64,000 bases of DNA. Source: Ignavibacteriota bacterium. Lineage in GTDB: Bacteria; Bacteroidota; Ignavibacteria; UBA10030. A program made the translations under genes and the position numbers. Of this stretch, positions 62,239-64,000 are shown piece after piece (the first letter of the stretch is position 1; every line of letters starts with the position of its first letter). Location of the stretch: the NCBI GenBank assembly GCA_963701295.1, contig OY969585.1:3136001-3200000 (forward strand), given 5' to 3'. The notes beneath the pieces were generated by a model, which ran no database searches, was not told where the DNA came from, and saw only the letters and a program-made list of their open reading frames with translations.

Positions 62239-62754
62239 ATGAGTACGAAAATGAAAACAACAATTATATCTTTAGCCATAGTATTTGCTTCTTCATTGGT
62301 CTACAGCCAGATAGTGCCTATCAGCAAGAGCACTATGACTTTTGATGCCGGAACTGATATAACAGTCCAGGCAGGAGCAGATATATGTGCTGATAATATA
62401 GTCATCAACGGCACGTGGTCTGGCAGTGGGACAAAATGCCAAGCACCGCTTTCCGTGGAAACGACCACGACCTTGCTCACCGCACCCAGAGTATTGTCAC
62501 TGGCGCAGAATTATCCCAACCCATTTAATCCGACGACAACGATTGAATTTACTGTGCCGAAAGATGGGCATGTGTCGTTGACGATCTACAACTCACTAGG
62601 CCAATTGGTGGCGACAGTGTTTGATGGAGAGGCAAGAGCTGGTTACATCCAGAGGGCAACATTTGACGCTTCGCAGTTAGCAAGCGGCGTGTACTTCTCC
62701 CGGCTGCAGTATAATGAAAAAACGCTTCTCAAAAAGTTGGTACTCATGAAGTGA
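62239..62754 (+). CDS. Small T9SS CTD protein
   Basis: Signal peptide, short domain and QNYPNPFNP CTD. Confidence 0.82.
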   Translation: MSTKMKTTIISLAIVFASSLVYSQIVPISKSTMTFDAGTDITVQAGADICADNIVINGTWSGSGTKCQAPLSVETTTTLLTAPRVLSLAQNYPNPFNPTTTIEFTVPKDGHVSLTIYNSLGQLVATVFDGEARAGYIQRATFDASQLASGVYFSRLQYNEKTLLKKLVLMK

Positions 62755-62860
62755 TTCCACGTTTTTTGTGGAATCATCCCGACATCTTGTGTTGGGATCT
62801 GATCTCTATCTGAGGACATCTGATGCCTGGATTCCGTGTAAAAGCATCATGGAATGACAA
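62755..62860. repeat. REP-like palindrome cluster
   Basis: GATTCCAC/GTGGAATC, ATCCCGAC/GTTGGGAT and ATTCC/GGAAT hairpins. Confidence 0.45.
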
Positions 62861-62869
62861 AATATATAT

Positions 62870-62893
62870 GCGTCAGAAAGTAATTTCTGACGC
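62870..62893. terminator. Hairpin between convergent genes
   Basis: GCGTCAGAAA-GTAA-TTTCTGACGC. Confidence 0.55.
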
Positions 62894-62922
62894 CACGGAA
62901 AATTCTTTTTTGCACAATAGAG

Positions 62923-64000
62923 TTATTTTGAGAACGCATCCAATTGATTTTGCGTTTTCGCATCAGGAATGGATTGCACTGTTTTGAACTTCTCCGTCAA
63001 GCCTGCCAATTGTTTATCGGCTTTGTCATAGTTGTTCTTCGCATTGTTCAACTGCATGCCAAGCGTCTCAAACACATCGCTGAATTTTCGCAGTTCTGTG
63101 CCGAGGAGCTCAAGATTCTGAAATATTTCTTTTGCACTACGTTCAATTTGCAGTCCTTTTAAGCCAAGCGCGATGACTCGCAAATGCGCATAAAAGCTGT
63201 TCGGCGAAACCGGAACCACCCTTCGCTTGGTTGCGTACGAATACAATCCATCCTCCTCGTCATAGGATTCATCTTTTATAATAGTTTCATAATAGATGTT
63301 TTCAGCGGGAATATACATCAACGCAAAGTCGAACGTCCCTTCATCCGGCAAAATATATTTTTCTGCGATTGCATCGATGTGTTTCTTCACATCCGACTTA
63401 AAAAGGCGTGCAGCGGTTTTCTTTTCCTGGTCCGATTTTGCATCGAGCATCTTGCGGAAATTTTCCAGCGGGAATTTAGAATCGACCGGCACTTTTCCGC
63501 CGGCTGTATTGATGATCGCATCGACTGTTTGGCCATTCCGAAATGTATATTGAATGTCATAGGCATTTGCCGGAAGAACTTGCTTGAGCAAATCTTCCAA
63601 CAACAATTCGCCAAGCCCGCCGCGAAGTTTGGGAGCTTTGAGCATTTCCTCCAATTTCGAGACGCTCTGACCAAGTTCCTTGATCTCTTGCGTCGCTTTC
63701 CCAAGCTCGCCGAGTTTATTCTGAACATCTTGAATCACCTTTGCCGCATTATCCAATCGCGACCCCATCTGACCAGTGTTATTTTGCAATTGTTGAGTAA
63801 TGCCGTTCAGTTGATTTGTTACTATCAAAATGAGATTATTGACCGTATCGGAATTATTCTTGAGATTTTGATTTACCTCGCCGCGCAGTGCATCGACTTG
63901 CTGCTGGAAGATCATTGCTGCTTGTGTTGAATCATTCCCTTTCCGCTGCAACGTCCGCTGAAGCACTATCAGCACAAGGACCACAACAACAATTAAAACT
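62923..64000 (-). CDS. rmuC: DNA recombination protein RmuC (5' end off window)
   Basis: PK.RG..GE..L, VDSKFP, KYI.P..GT.DFALMYIP.E. Confidence 0.92.
   Translation of the reverse strand, partial: VLIVVVVLVLIVLQRTLQRKGNDSTQAAMIFQQQVDALRGEVNQNLKNNSDTVNNLILIVTNQLNGITQQLQNNTGQMGSRLDNAAKVIQDVQNKLGELGKATQEIKELGQSVSKLEEMLKAPKLRGGLGELLLEDLLKQVLPANAYDIQYTFRNGQTVDAIINTAGGKVPVDSKFPLENFRKMLDAKSDQEKKTAARLFKSDVKKHIDAIAEKYILPDEGTFDFALMYIPAENIYYETIIKDESYDEEDGLYSYATKRRVVPVSPNSFYAHLRVIALGLKGLQIERSAKEIFQNLELLGTELRKFSDVFETLGMQLNNAKNNYDKADKQLAGLTEKFKTVQSIPDAKTQNQLDAFSK

Noticed and set aside
63184-63930. 248-aa plus-strand ORF and other antisense ORFs
   Set aside because: They are shadows of well-supported genes (here rmuC) with no motifs.

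Overview
Bacterial chromosomal window. The many T9SS-type C-terminal domains (QNYPNPFNP...) suggest an Ignavibacteria/Bacteroidota-Chlorobi-group host; this is an inference. Positions 1 to ~36,050 are a large integron-type cassette array read on the minus strand, with about 30 complete or damaged attC sites, many of them unusually long (150-226 bp). Cargo includes hemicellulose-active enzymes (GH43, GH39, GH31, esterases), T9SS-secreted proteins, methyltransferases, a toxin-antitoxin pair, possible defence genes and four ORF-less structured cassettes. Three of these form one family with a compensatory base change, suggesting an ncRNA. One attC is interrupted by an IS110/IS1111-type element whose downstream non-coding region matches its own ends (bridge/seekRNA-like), and two other attC sites keep right-end remnants of that IS. 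The array starts at an attI-like site with two palindromic repeats and a Pc-like promoter, but no intI is adjacent. Instead there is an orphan 5' half of tRNA-Arg(TCG), broken at the anticodon loop. From ~39.7 kb onward the genes are mostly ordinary (YgiQ, gnd, LarA-domain, GH2, GWxTD-pdxA-ftsE, NifU, Mrp, rtcB-archease, purC, aat, pfkA, two S74-chaperone fibre proteins, rmuC). All product calls come from motif recognition by eye; no searches were run.
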